DNA of 64,000 bases from Okamejei kenojei (taxonomy: Eukaryota): assembly GCA_035221665.1 (NCBI GenBank), contig CM069162.1, positions 26,784,001 to 26,848,000 of the forward strand. Direction: 5' to 3'. Numbering within the stretch: position 1 is the stretch's first letter; the number at the start of each line of letters is the position of its first letter. The notes below the pieces were generated by a model. The model saw nothing but the letters and a program-made list of their open reading frames with translations, was not told the origin of the DNA and ran no database searches. Shown one piece after another: positions 1-11,325 of the stretch. The position numbers were made by a program, and so were the translations under genes.

Positions 1-325
1 CAAGACAGAGTACAGGAAGGAGATAGAGAACTTAGTAACGTGGTGTCAGGGCAATAACCTCTCCCTCAATGTCAGCAAGATGAAAGAGCTAGTTATTGAC
101 TTCAGGAAGAATGTTCCAATTAGTATCAATGGTGGCTAAGTGGAACTACTTGAGAGCTTCACATTCCTTACTGTTAATATTGCCAATGACCTGTCGTGGA
201 TCAACCACATTGATGTGGCAGCCACCAATGCACACCAACACCTCTGCATTCTCAGGAGACTGGGGAAATTCGGCATGTATCCAATGGCTGTTACAAACTT
301 CTACATATTCAACATAGAAAGCATT

Positions 326-562
326 TTGTAGAAACAAGGAACTGCAGATGCTGGTTTACACTTCTTCTTCTTGCGTATGGCGTGCACAGCTTTAAGTTGT
401 ATGAAACAGGGCGGACCACGTGAAGGTTGCAATCTTCCACCCCCTGGTTTACACAAAAGGACACAAAGTGCTGGAGAAACTCAGCAGATCAGGCAGCAGA
501 TCTAGACAACATGGATAGGTGGTGTTTCAGGCGGAGACCCTTCTTCAGACCGTTCTTTTTTT
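326..562 (-). mobile_element. Penelope-derived short element (half copy) with 12-bp TSD
   Basis: GGAACTGCAGATGCTGG...GCTGGAGAAACTCAGC...CCCTTCTTCAGAC family sequence, flanked by ATAGAAAGCATT at 314-325 and 563-574. Confidence 0.65.
362..443 (-). mobile_element. Short (GAA)n-tailed retroelement, internally deleted copy
   Basis: Reverse complement matches the copies at 9303-9424 and 28427-28574; TSD CTGGTTTACAC at 351-361 and 444-454. Confidence 0.7.
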
Positions 563-1339
563 ATAGAAAGCATTCTGTCAGGTTACATCACAGCTTGCTT
601 TAAGAACAGCTCTGCTCAAGACTGCAAGAAATTGCAGAGAGTTGTAGATGTAGCCTAGTCCAGACCAGACTTCAACCATTGCCTGCATCCATACTTCACA
701 CTGCAGAGGAAAAATGCCAACAAATTGAAATACTTGTCCCATCCCAGGCATTCCTTCTTAACCCTGCTCCCATCCGGCAGAAGGTACAAAAGCTTGAAAG
801 AAAGCGACACCAGACTCGGGAACAGCATCTTCCCCTCTGTTATCAGGCGTCTCAATGTCCTTCCATAATCTACAGCACCGTCCAATTCTCCTCTACCCCA
901 TTATGGACATTGGACTTTTTCTATGAACTGATGTGCTACAATACTGAGCACTATATTCTGCACTCTGTATCTTCCCCTTTGCTTGATCGATTGTACATGA
1001 GTTTAACTAAATTGTATTTATGTATAGTATTATCTGATCTGTTTGGATAGTATGCAAAACCCTTTGCTGTAAATCGGTACTTGTGACTATAATAAACCTA
1101 AAACAAACATTCAGTCAAACTCATCTCGCATTTATTACAATACAATTTGATCAAGATACATAAGGCAAATTGGCTCATGAGAAAAAAATGGTACACCTAT
1201 GTTGGATCTTGATGACTGGTGAATACATGAGGAATAATTAGAGAGAATAAGAGCTTGAAAAAATGAGTATAAAAATTAATAATTTTTATTGAATACTTAG
1301 TAGAAAAATACTTCACACCGACACTTCAACCAGCACACC

Positions 1340-1960
1340 AACGCCTCTCCCAGTACACCAACGCCTCTACCACCACACCAACATCTATACTTTCTATGAA
1401 GGCTTAGGAAGTTCGGCATGTCCCCAATAACCTTAACTAACCTACAGAAACACTGTAGATAGCTTGTTATCGGATGCATTACAGCCTGCTTTGGGAACAA
1501 CACCATCCAAGACCCCAAGCAATTGCAGAGCCGAGACCATCACCCAAACCTCCTTTACATTGACTCCATCTGCACCTCATGCTGCCTAGACAAGGCCACC
1601 AGCATAATCAAGGACTAGTCACACCCCAGTCACTCCCTCTGCTCCCATCTCCCATTGGGTGGGAGGTACAGAAGTTTGAAAATGCATCTCTCCAGATTCA
1701 GGGATTGTTTCTTCCCAGCTGTTATCAAGCAACTGAGCGGTCCTCTCGTCAGATAGATTGTGGTCCTGACTTCCCATCTACCTCTGGAGAATGTTTAACT
1801 ATCTTTAATCGAGCTTTATCTTGCACTAGATGTTGTATCCTTTATCTCTGCACTGTGGATGACTTGAATGTAATCATGTATAGCCATGTATAGTCTTTCC
1901 TTTGACTGCACAGCACGCAAACATAAACTTTTCATTGTACCTTGGTACATGTGACAATAA
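1340..1960 (+). mobile_element. Rex1/Babar-like LINE 3' fragment
   Basis: Homologous by eye to 200-1100 (YFLRRLRKFG-like segment, HPSHSLxxPLPxGRRYR-like segment); 3' end GGTACATGTGACAATAA. Confidence 0.6.
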
Positions 1961-3018
1961 TACACTAAGCTAAAAAATGTGATCCTATAAAAAGTGATAA
2001 TGTGAATATTGAAAAGAAAGTGAAATATGTTGAGCCAATATTTACAGTAAAACAGGAATCAAGTGAGATCAGAGACAGAGAGAGACTCACCAAAATTAAT
2101 ATCAGCAAAATTACAGAAATGAAGGCAATAATAGCACTCATGTGTACTGGTCCCAAGGACTATGTGTTTCCATCCCCAGAATTTATGAGTATTAAATTAG
2201 AACATTGCAGATATCCACCCAAATTTCTCGACGTAAAAACTGTTATCTTACATTGGACATGAGACAAAAGCAAGCATCTGGAGTTAGGTTGCAGAATAGG
2301 TATAATTTAATTTTCTGCTGAAACAGACTGAAGGTTCTAAATGCACAACTCCTGCTCCTATCCTCCTAATCTTCAAATACATATTGTTTAATCACTCCCA
2401 ATTACAAATAGCGCTGAATTGTATTTTTTATCAAACATTTTCTGACAAACATCACAAACCAGAGTAGCTGCAGCAGGGTGGAAAACGTTTTAATAACTTC
2501 CAGTTGCTTTTTTTCTCATCCACCTTCTATTGCTCCGATTTTATAACTCTGAATGATTTGTTTTTCTTCCTTTTCGGTCCATATCTTCATCTAAGCCTAG
2601 TCCCCCCCCCCCCACCACCTTCTGACAGGGTCAGCTTGCATGTGGCAGGCTCTACATTCTAGCTTGTAACCGGTTCTGAACCTGAACTGTCATTTGCCAA
2701 CACACTCAACTCTATACTGCTAATAATTACTTATCATCCTTGGAACTCCACATTTCACTAAAATATTTCCCTAAATTGAATTGATAATTTCCTTTAACTG
2801 TCAAAGAGACCGGAAACGCAACTTTGGAATTGTTTGCTGTACTGGGATCTGTTGCTCAACTATTTGTATTAAATGTTATGAAATCTTTTGCCAAATCCAC
2901 ATGCAATTACCATGACCATACTTACTCAATCATGAACTTTCTACCGGAGTGAACAAAACATCTCGGATAGTGAATACTTTGCATAACTGGAACTTATAAG
3001 GCGATTTCTCCTAACCCT

Positions 3019-3106
3019 TTATCTCTAGTCTAGTGACGGAACGAGCCTGATTTAATTCTAGGATAACAATCCTCGGCCACGTGACGTCAGCCCGGGAAGG
3101 ATAAAA
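3019..3106 (+). promoter_or_regulatory. Proximal promoter of distal natriuretic-peptide gene: GATA site, E-box/[14 protein letters not shown]-like box
   Basis: TTATCT 3019-3024, CACGTG 3078-3083 overlapping perfect CRE TGACGTCA 3082-3089, GATAAAA 3100-3106, about 95 nt upstream of ATG 3201. The same CRE-TATA module is present in the paralog. Confidence 0.7.
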
Positions 3107-3200
3107 GTCTCGGGAAAAGAATTGGAGTCAGAAACCGATCTCTGAGGAGAGAAGACGAACAGACGAGGCATCGACGAGAAAGCAGACAGATAGATAGAAG

Positions 3201-3290
3201 ATGGGCATCTACACAGCTCACTGCTGCGGGCTCTTGCTTGTCTTTCTCCTCCAGGTCCACGCCAGACCCAATGCCCAGCAAAACCTCCAG
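3201..3290 (+). CDS. Distal NP gene coding exon 1 (signal peptide + start of propeptide)
   Basis: 90 nt, ATG to phase-0 GT donor at 3291; same length as exon 1 of the proximal CNP. Confidence 0.9.
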
Positions 3291-4712
3291 GTAAGAGAGA
3301 GCACTCACTCCTGCTATAAGATTCATTGTTCGTAATATTCACTCTTTCGCTTTGAGCCTTGTGCTATGGTAAAACGTGGATAGTGCAGCGACTGTTCTGT
3401 AGCAATGAACTAACTGCAATTTTATTCAATGTTTTCAACATTCGTCAAAGATATGGAGGGGTTACTGTGATTGTTATCTCACTGGCCAGCGTCTTGGTGA
3501 AGGGTTAGTTCGGAGCTTGAAGGCTGGGTCACCAGCGCTGGGGGCCGAGCAGAGCATTGGGCTGTGTAATGCTCAGTCTACGGTGAGAAAACGGTGGTCT
3601 TATTGACAAGTATTGGCAGATTTCAGCCCAATCTACCCGGTACCGCTGTGGCCGTGCTCTTTCCAGAGATCACGGGGTGTGCTCTGCCCCCCCCCCCCCC
3701 CGTCCGTCTGAAACTGTCCTACTTTCCACAACAACAAAAAAAGTTATAGCCAGAAATACTCTTTGGTATTTTCAGTAAAATATGTCATTGTCAATTCTTC
3801 TGTCAGAAGTCAAGGACCAATTCTTAAGAGTGGGTCAGAAGGACTCTCCCGCGACAAGAGACGCGCTGGCCCATTGCTTTCATCCAACTCACCTGTACTT
3901 TAGAAAGTAGCCTTCTTAACCGCCCATCCCAATAAGGTCTGTCTGTGTATGGCGATCGTTTTCTTGGACGTTCATCTTTGAGTATCACGGCATGTACTTA
4001 CCATTTGACCATAGCTGAACTATAAGTCTGGCCGTCAGGTGAAAACTGTAGTTGCTCAATCGTGATTTACAACCGAATTTGAAAAAAAGAAAAGGTTTTG
4101 AGAGGATTTCAACATATTACATTTCCTATCCAAAAATAGAGATAGTATCAATTTAAGATGAATATTTCAAAAAGTCTTACTTAAAAAGTTCTACATTGGC
4201 GGTCATTAAACATCCATATTGAATAACTACATGGTAGTGGGGATAACCCCATTTGATAGATATATTTCAACAGACTCGCCCTACGTTGTTCTGTCATGAA
4301 TCCATATCCAGTTCTATAATTTATTTCCATGCACTTAATTTAGGTTGTTTAACAAGTTTACGAAGTTGACTCTCCTCATTCCTGTAATTTGCAGGCTTTG
4401 ACTCAACGACTGGAGGACGTTGAGCGCTTACTGGCTAATGAAGAGGCCGCCGCCGAAGCAGACGACACATCGCCGATCGACACCTCGTTCCATCTGCAAG
4501 ATGGCCAACGTGAACTGGAAGGACGATGGGACAGGAACTCGCAGGACCTCGAAAGCAGACACACCGTTTCTGATGGTTCCCTGCTTAGAATCCTCCAAGA
4601 CATTGCCAACGGTCCTCTCAGATCCAGGAGCAGAAGTAAGAAAGGGTCAACACGAGGCTGCTTTGGAATGAAGATGGATAGAATTGGTGCAATGAGTAGC
4701 CTGGGATGTTGA
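3201..4712 (+). CDS. Natriuretic peptide precursor, CNP-type, divergent distal paralog (135 aa); coding exons 3201-3290 and 4395-4712
   Basis: Exon 1 MGIYTAHCCGLLLVFLLQVHARPNAQQNLQ (signal peptide) ends CAG/GTAAGA. Exon 2 starts after TTTGCAG and runs ALTQRLED...RSKK-GSTRGCFGMKMDRIGAMSSLGC-stop. 17-residue Cys ring CFGxxxDRIxxxSxLGC, no C-terminal tail. Confidence 0.95.
4395..4712 (+). CDS. Distal NP gene coding exon 2 (propeptide + mature 22-mer)
   Basis: AG acceptor 4393-4394; stop TGA ends 4712; donor AG/GTAAGA at 4727, 14 nt after the stop. Confidence 0.95.
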   Translation, partial: ALTQRLEDVERLLANEEAAAEADDTSPIDTSFHLQDGQRELEGRWDRNSQDLESRHTVSDGSLLRILQDIANGPLRSRSRSKKGSTRGCFGMKMDRIGAMSSLGC

Positions 4713-5296
4713 TCGTGTCACTTTAGGTAAGAGATTTCTAACTGGGCAAGTACCACTCTTCACCGATCACTTTTACTTTACGTTTAAGATGAAAACAGTT
4801 ACTGGTTGGATGTAATTAACGAAAATTTTGGTTAAAAAAAAAAGGTTACATTTACATCATGTAAAATAAATTTAGTTTCGCAAATTATTAACAGTGGGCC
4901 AACTATTGGGAAGTCTAGAATAAAAGTAGGAATATCATAGATCCTGGTACTCCAATCAATTACGTTTGCAACTTGAAGTTGGCTGAAAACAACAGAGAAG
5001 GTCGCAGACTCTGGATATAACTGACATTTCACTCCCAACTCAAAGAAAGCTTTCTTCAATGGCAAAGAATGATGTTTATTTCATTAATTCCATTGTTGTC
5101 CAGATGCAGAAAGTGAAAGGAGTACACGCAAACGTGCATTTTGTGAAAGGAATGTAAAAGGGAGGTTAAAATACAGTTTTCCCAATTATGCACATGAATT
5201 AAAAACCCACTCTATTTGAATCAAATCACGATTAAAACAATCATTCGGTTTTAAATCTGAGGCACATGTGAAATTCACTTTCTCTCTTTTTACCAG

Positions 5297-5860
5297 GGCT
5301 TCAGTGAAAGCGCGGGACTGCGAGAACAACGCACTTTCCACACGTCAAAGTTTACTTCCACAACAGCTCTTTCGACTCGTTTTCTGCCAACCTATTGTAC
5401 CAGCTCTAGTGACACCGTAGGATGTTTACAAGTTTGATTTTGCTGGCAACCATCCTTAATAGGATCGTGTAAAATGTTTCCGAATTTAATTTGTGTTTGT
5501 ATGAACAGCTATTTATATTAATTTAAGAGAAATGTATTTATTTTAAACTCATCTGTGTGATGTTCGTCTAACTGTTGGAACGCGAAGTTGGTGCAATTGA
5601 TGTGGAAGTCAAAATAAGTCAGTAGTTGTAAAATTAACAAGGATACGTTAACACTACATTATTTATTTTATTTGTACTTTTCCATCGATGCTGAATTTTG
5701 TTCATGACATCTTCGGCGTGTGAGATATGAAAACAACCTTCATTTACTTTTGGCAAATCGTTACCATTGAAAATCAATGTTGTTTCATGAGGGTGCGGGA
5801 TAAAGATCAATAGCTTTCCATTTTAAGGTGAGCGTACAATAAAAGCACAAAGCAAAAGAA
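5297..5860 (+). other. Non-coding exon 3 (3'UTR) of distal NP gene
   Basis: Acceptor TTCTCTCTTTTTACCAG ends 5296; ATTTA clusters 5484-5670; AATAAA 5838-5843. End position is approximate. Confidence 0.7.
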
Positions 5861-8800
5861 GGGGTTGATAAAACGTCACCAGTAACAATTGAAACCACGT
5901 TATAAATGATAATACTTCCATCCCGGCACCTTAGAAAGTTATGAAGATGCATCGAGCTTGTTGAGGCGACTGCATCTGTGCTTCACGCTGCCTCGGGAAA
6001 TCAGCCAACATAAGCAATGACCACGCATACATACCACGGTCAATTCCACCTGACAGAAGTCACAGAAGCACCTACCACCAAATTCAAGAAAAGCTCCTTC
6101 CCGCCGTTATCAGACTGGTGGACGGACCTCTTCCATGCTGAGGATGTATTCCCGATCTCCCGACCTACCTCGTCGCGGCCCTTGCACTTTTTACCAGTAC
6201 TTTCTCTGTAGCTGTAACACTATATTCTGCACTCTGTTTCCTTTCTCTTTTTGCACTACCTGTTGTACTCGTGTATGATGTGATTAACCTGGATAGCACT
6301 CAGAACAAAGTTTTTCACTGTATCTCAGTACGTTGACAATAAAAAAAACCAATGCCAAAAAATTGACGTGTTGGTTATGTTGTTTTGCATTCCATGTTTG
6401 TGAGATAATTAAAGTCCAGCAACAAAAGTAGAGCTTTAGGAACGATTGGTTGTTGGGCACAACATTGCTGACAATGTTATTTATGCTTTGTGCATCTCAT
6501 ATGACTAAATATAATTCAAATATCTCTGTTTATTGGAAGGGGATAGACAAAGAATTTGGAACAATCTCATCCATCAGCAATGGGGCAGAACCTTTCTTGT
6601 TGCAATGGTCACTAAATTTGGAACCAGCATTGAAATCTTCATTTGAAAGGAACTTAGAAATACGCTGAGCTCCCGGGGCATTCCTCTTTGCTTTTTATTC
6701 TTTAGTAATTAGGTCATCGGTGATAGGAGCAGAATTAGGCCATTTGACACATCAAGTCTACTCCGCCATTCAATCATGGCTGATCTATCCCTCCTAACCC
6801 CATTCTCCTGCCTTCTCCCCATAACCCCTGACACCCTAATTCCAGATGCACAACAACTAAAGAGCCTTTGGAATATGAGAAATACTTAATTGGCTATGGA
6901 AATATATGTTCCATTCCCTTTCATTTACATATATTAAATGGTCCCATCCAGGAGGAATTAAAATTGTACAAAGCCACAAATTGTGTCCAATAAAGTTACG
7001 CAATCGTGTCCTGCAACATATTTGTTGTTGCAATCTATGATTTCAGACCCACCTGCTTGCTCAGAATTAGATTATACGCTTTTAAAACTCAATATAGATA
7101 CCAGACTTTATCTAATGGGGGCAGAGGTGTGATCTGATTCCAACATTAAATGCCTGCTGACAGGGCAAAAATTTGCAACAGATTACATCATCTAATGCAT
7201 TTCCCAAATAATCTGGGGCGGAATGTGGTGATTATGTAATGCCCATGGCCACGCATAATGGTCATTCCTCAATATAACACTGGGGAAATTTCTTGCTCGT
7301 ATAATGATGTTGGCACATTAACCGAATCATTATATTATTGAAGTTTATGACCATATAAGCCATTCAGTGACTGCGAACATTGCAGGCGAAAGGAACTGCA
7401 TAATTCCATTAGCCTAGCTTTCTCCTCACAACCTTCCTAGGCCATGGACATCAAGTGTTCAACTCAACACTTGTTGAGTTGATAACCGTTTACTACCCTT
7501 TCCTTCCTTTTCATATTTAGTTCTAGGCCGTTTCCTCCACTGGGTGAAAACATTGTCTTCCATTACCTGTACAATCTGTGCATTTTAGGTATTGACTCCA
7601 TTGGTGAAGGGAATAGTTATTTCCTGTTAACTCTACCTAGATTCAAACTCTGGTTCATTATGATTAAACATTTCCCCGCCCTCCTTTGCACTGAAATTTT
7701 GAAGTGCAGCAAACAGTAAAGGGGACATTAATCTACCACTCGTCTGCCCATTGACCAAATCTATCCATTTGATCTAAGAACAAATTATATTTGACATTTG
7801 TTCAAAGACCAAATTATATTTATATTATGTAACAAATTAATATACCAAATTATATTTGTTCTACCACTTGTCTATCCATTCTGATTAAATTGATCAGAAT
7901 GGGCAGACTATGGTAGAACAATTGGATAGATTGGTTGAATGGGCAGACCAGTGGAAGAATAAATTAATACCTAGAGTGAAGTTGGAGTAGCATGTTGGAT
8001 TCTAGAGACACAAGGAACCGCAGATGGTGGAATCTTGAGCAAAACACAAAGTGTTGCTACAACTCAGCAGTTCAGGCAGCATTTGTGGAGAACACCATCA
8101 GATGATGCTTCGTGTCGGGACCCTTGTTCAGACTGATTCTGGGATGCATAAAAAGAGGCAGAAAGTAAAGGAAAAGGAAAAAGGGAATCATGACGAACCC
8201 CCTATAAACAGAGGTTTAGCAGTGACTGGAATAACTTGGATATATCATTATGGAAATCTTAAGGATATTGAACTCCTTAAGAGCGTGCAAAACTGTTTAA
8301 CCAGATTGAGTTCATGCGTGAGATATTTCAGCAATGGGTGTTAGAATAGAAAAGCTGGCAAAGAAGGTTGAAAGGAAATATGATAAAGGTATACAGGTGT
8401 AATGGTTGGTTGAGCGTAAACATAGGGAAGCTGGTCCTATTGATGATGCCCAAGGATAACATAATGTACCAAACAAATAGATTTAAAGTTTGGCCGAAGT
8501 TTTGATTATTCAGCAGATCATAAAGGCCTGGAAATTGCCATCTGTTAGAGTGGTGTAACAATATGAACCAATGTTTATAAAAGGGGATAGGATAAAAACT
8601 TGTAAAATAATAATTTTCAAGGCAATGAAAACAAAGTTGGGCGATGGTGCTGTTGTACACTGGTACTGCCATGTGTTTCATGGGCCAATTGACCCTTGTT
8701 TGTGCTGTTACAGTTTAACGATTCATTCAAGAAAATGGCATTGGCCTGATGGATGTGTCATTACTGCAAATTTCCATTCATGGAAACACACTTCCACATT

Positions 8801-9302
8801 TCTTCCATACCCCAATGCTATCTGGTGATCTACAAAGTAGCCATCTTATTTTACCAATGTCAGTGATCTGTGGGTACATTCAAAGTCCCAATTTTCCCTG
8901 AATAGTATTCCAGTTATGGTTATCATACTGTGTTATATGATTCTAGTTATATGGAGTATCCTGTGTGTCCTCTAATTTATCTTATTGTTTGTCTATCTTT
9001 TTCTGTGATTCCATAAGCTTCTATTATCTGATCATCTCCCACATGTGAATTTGCCAAATTGGTTACATTACTTTGAGAGAGATTCTATTCAAGATGATAG
9101 GGGAGAGAGGGTGGTTGCTAATATTCAAATTTATAAATTCAACCTCTAGGTTTTTCAGTACTCTGGTTTGGGAAATCTTCAACAGAAATACAGGCCCCTC
9201 ATGTTCCAGACCCAGTGCTGAGAAAACAAAAAACATTGAGGTTGGGCAACAGACATGATTGCCTACGTGTGCAAGGAGAATGGGGTTGGTTCAATGATAA
9301 TG

Positions 9303-9424
9303 GGGTGGGAGATTGTGGTCCACCCTGCTTCAACAAATGCAATCAACCTGGCGGGCACAAACAGAAGATCAGAACAGGTTGTCTTACAACTTTAGACTGT
9401 GTACACCATACGCAAGAAGAAGAA
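9303..9424 (+). mobile_element. Short (GAA)n-tailed retroelement
   Basis: GGGTGGGAGATTG...CCATACGCAAGAAGAAGAA; TSD GTTCAATGATAATG at 9289-9302 and 9425-9438. Confidence 0.7.
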
Positions 9425-10325
9425 GTTCAATGATAATGACAACATTTCCTAAACTAAAGCAAAGTGGATTTTTGAAAGCATTTCTCCACTCAAGTATATC
9501 AGACTACACAAAAATGACTGTGTGTTTTAACTGCCTGACTCATATATGCATAACCGAGAATATGAATTCTAATCCTAACTAAAAGCAGGAAAGAAATGTT
9601 CGGTTACAAATGCCCTGACCTGACCTACTGACAGCAAATATAATTCAATTGTCACAGGAGTGCAATGGAGGTCAGCAATGCCAGATTCAGTTCTTTATCT
9701 CTGATACAGATGCCATTTTAGTTCTATAGTGCCATCCAATCTTTATATGTGCACGTGATATCTAGAAGCCATATAGGTGAGGATATTGCCTTTTTCTGCA
9801 ATATGGAAGTATGCAAACGAGAGAACTCATAATATCCATAACTGTTTAATGTGAAGTGATCATCTGAGTCCTTCCCAACAGGATTTCTACATCCTTGACC
9901 TCAGGAGAGCTGCAAACAGTACTGTCCTTACCTATTGCCTTGACCGTAAGCTCCTTATGCCTGTGTATCATGTGTTAATCGTACCTCCAAGATAACTTCT
10001 AAATTATATTCACTTATAGTATCTGATCTGGTAACTGGGTGCATAAAACTGAGTGACGATATTTTTTCATGTTAACTTTCTTGTTTTTTTACATCAAATG
10101 ATTGCCACTCTCTATCCATAGAAAGGAAAAGCATAATAGTAAGCTTGAGATGTGAGAATATGAAATAAAATGTGAACATAAATGCTGTAAATCAGAATAG
10201 ATTACAGGATGAGGATGTCAGGATATGAGAAGTAGGAATAGACGTGATGAAGCTGTCCTCTCCAATATATTCTGCATCACCGCTGACCTCTGTGGCAGCC
10301 ACCTCAATAATGGATATAACTCTCA

Positions 10326-11325
10326 TAGAAACATGGACAATAGGTGCAGGAGTAGGCCATTCGGCCCTTCGAGCCTGCACAGCCATTCAATATGATCATG
10401 GCTGACTATCCAAAATCAGTACCCCATTCCGGCTTTTTCCCCATATCCCTTGATTCCTTCAGCCCTAAGAGCTAAATCTAACTCTCTTGAAAACATCCAG
10501 AGATTGGCCTCCACTGACTTCTGTGGCAGAGAATTCCACAGATTCACAACTCTCTGGGTGAAAAAGTTTTTCCTCATCTCAGCCCTAAATGGCCAATCCC
10601 TTATTCTTAAACTGTGACCCCTGGTTCTGGACTCCCCCAACCTTGGGAACATTTTTCCTGCATCTGCTCTGTCCAATCCTCTAAGGTCTCACCAGGGCCC
10701 TGTACAACTGCAGTAGGACCTCCTTGCTCCTAAACTCAAATCCTCTCACTATGGAGGCCGACATGCCATTAGCTTTCTTCACTGCCTGCTGTACCTGCAT
10801 GCTTACTTTCAGTGACTGATGCACAAGCACACCCAGGTCTCGTTGCACCTCCCCTTCTCATTATATGACATCATTCAGATAATAATCTGCCTTCCTATTC
10901 TTGCCACCAAAGTGGATAACCTCACATTTATCTACATTATACTGCATCTGCCATGCTTCTTCCCACTCACCCAACCTATCCACGTCACCCTGCAGCCTCA
11001 TAGCATCCTCCTCGCAGCTCACACTGCCACCCAGCTTTGTGTATTCCGCAAACTTAGAGATATTATATTTAATTCCCTTGTCTAAATCATTAATATATAT
11101 TGTAAACAACTGGGGTCCCAGCACCGAACCTTGCGGCACCCCAGCAGTCACTGCCTGCCATTCTGAAAAGGACCCGTTAATTCCTACTCTTTGCTTCCTG
11201 TCTGCCAACCAGTTCTCTATCCACGTTAATACCCTTCCCCCAATACCATGTGCTCTAATTTTGCACACTAATCTTTTGTGTGGGACCTTGTCAAATGTTT
11301 TGTTTTTAAGTCCAGATACTCTCCT
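10326..11325 (-). mobile_element. CR1-clade LINE 3' fragment (RT remnant), internally deleted
   Basis: ORF 10861-11268 has GVPQGSVLGPQLFTIYINDLD...KFAEYTKLGG (degenerate FADD); ORF 10416-10676 has the RTRGHSL...[16 protein letters not shown]1 C-terminus. Confidence 0.85.

Larger units (their letters stand above)
1..1100 (+). mobile_element. Degenerate Rex1/Babar-like non-LTR retrotransposon 3' fragment, interrupted by nested insertions at 326-562
   Basis: Frame from base 2 reads KTEYRKEIENLVTWCQGNNLSLNVSKMKELVIDFRK (RT C-terminal part). Element-like sequence resumes after 563 and ends near GTACTTGTGACTATAATAAA (~1077-1096). Confidence 0.7.

Noticed and set aside
4710-4726. Stop read-through giving an ANP/BNP-like C-terminal tail
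   Set aside because: Downstream codons (SCHFR) do not convincingly match NSFRY/KVLRRH, the stop context is not a known read-through motif, and the neighbouring CNP has the same 14-nt spacer.
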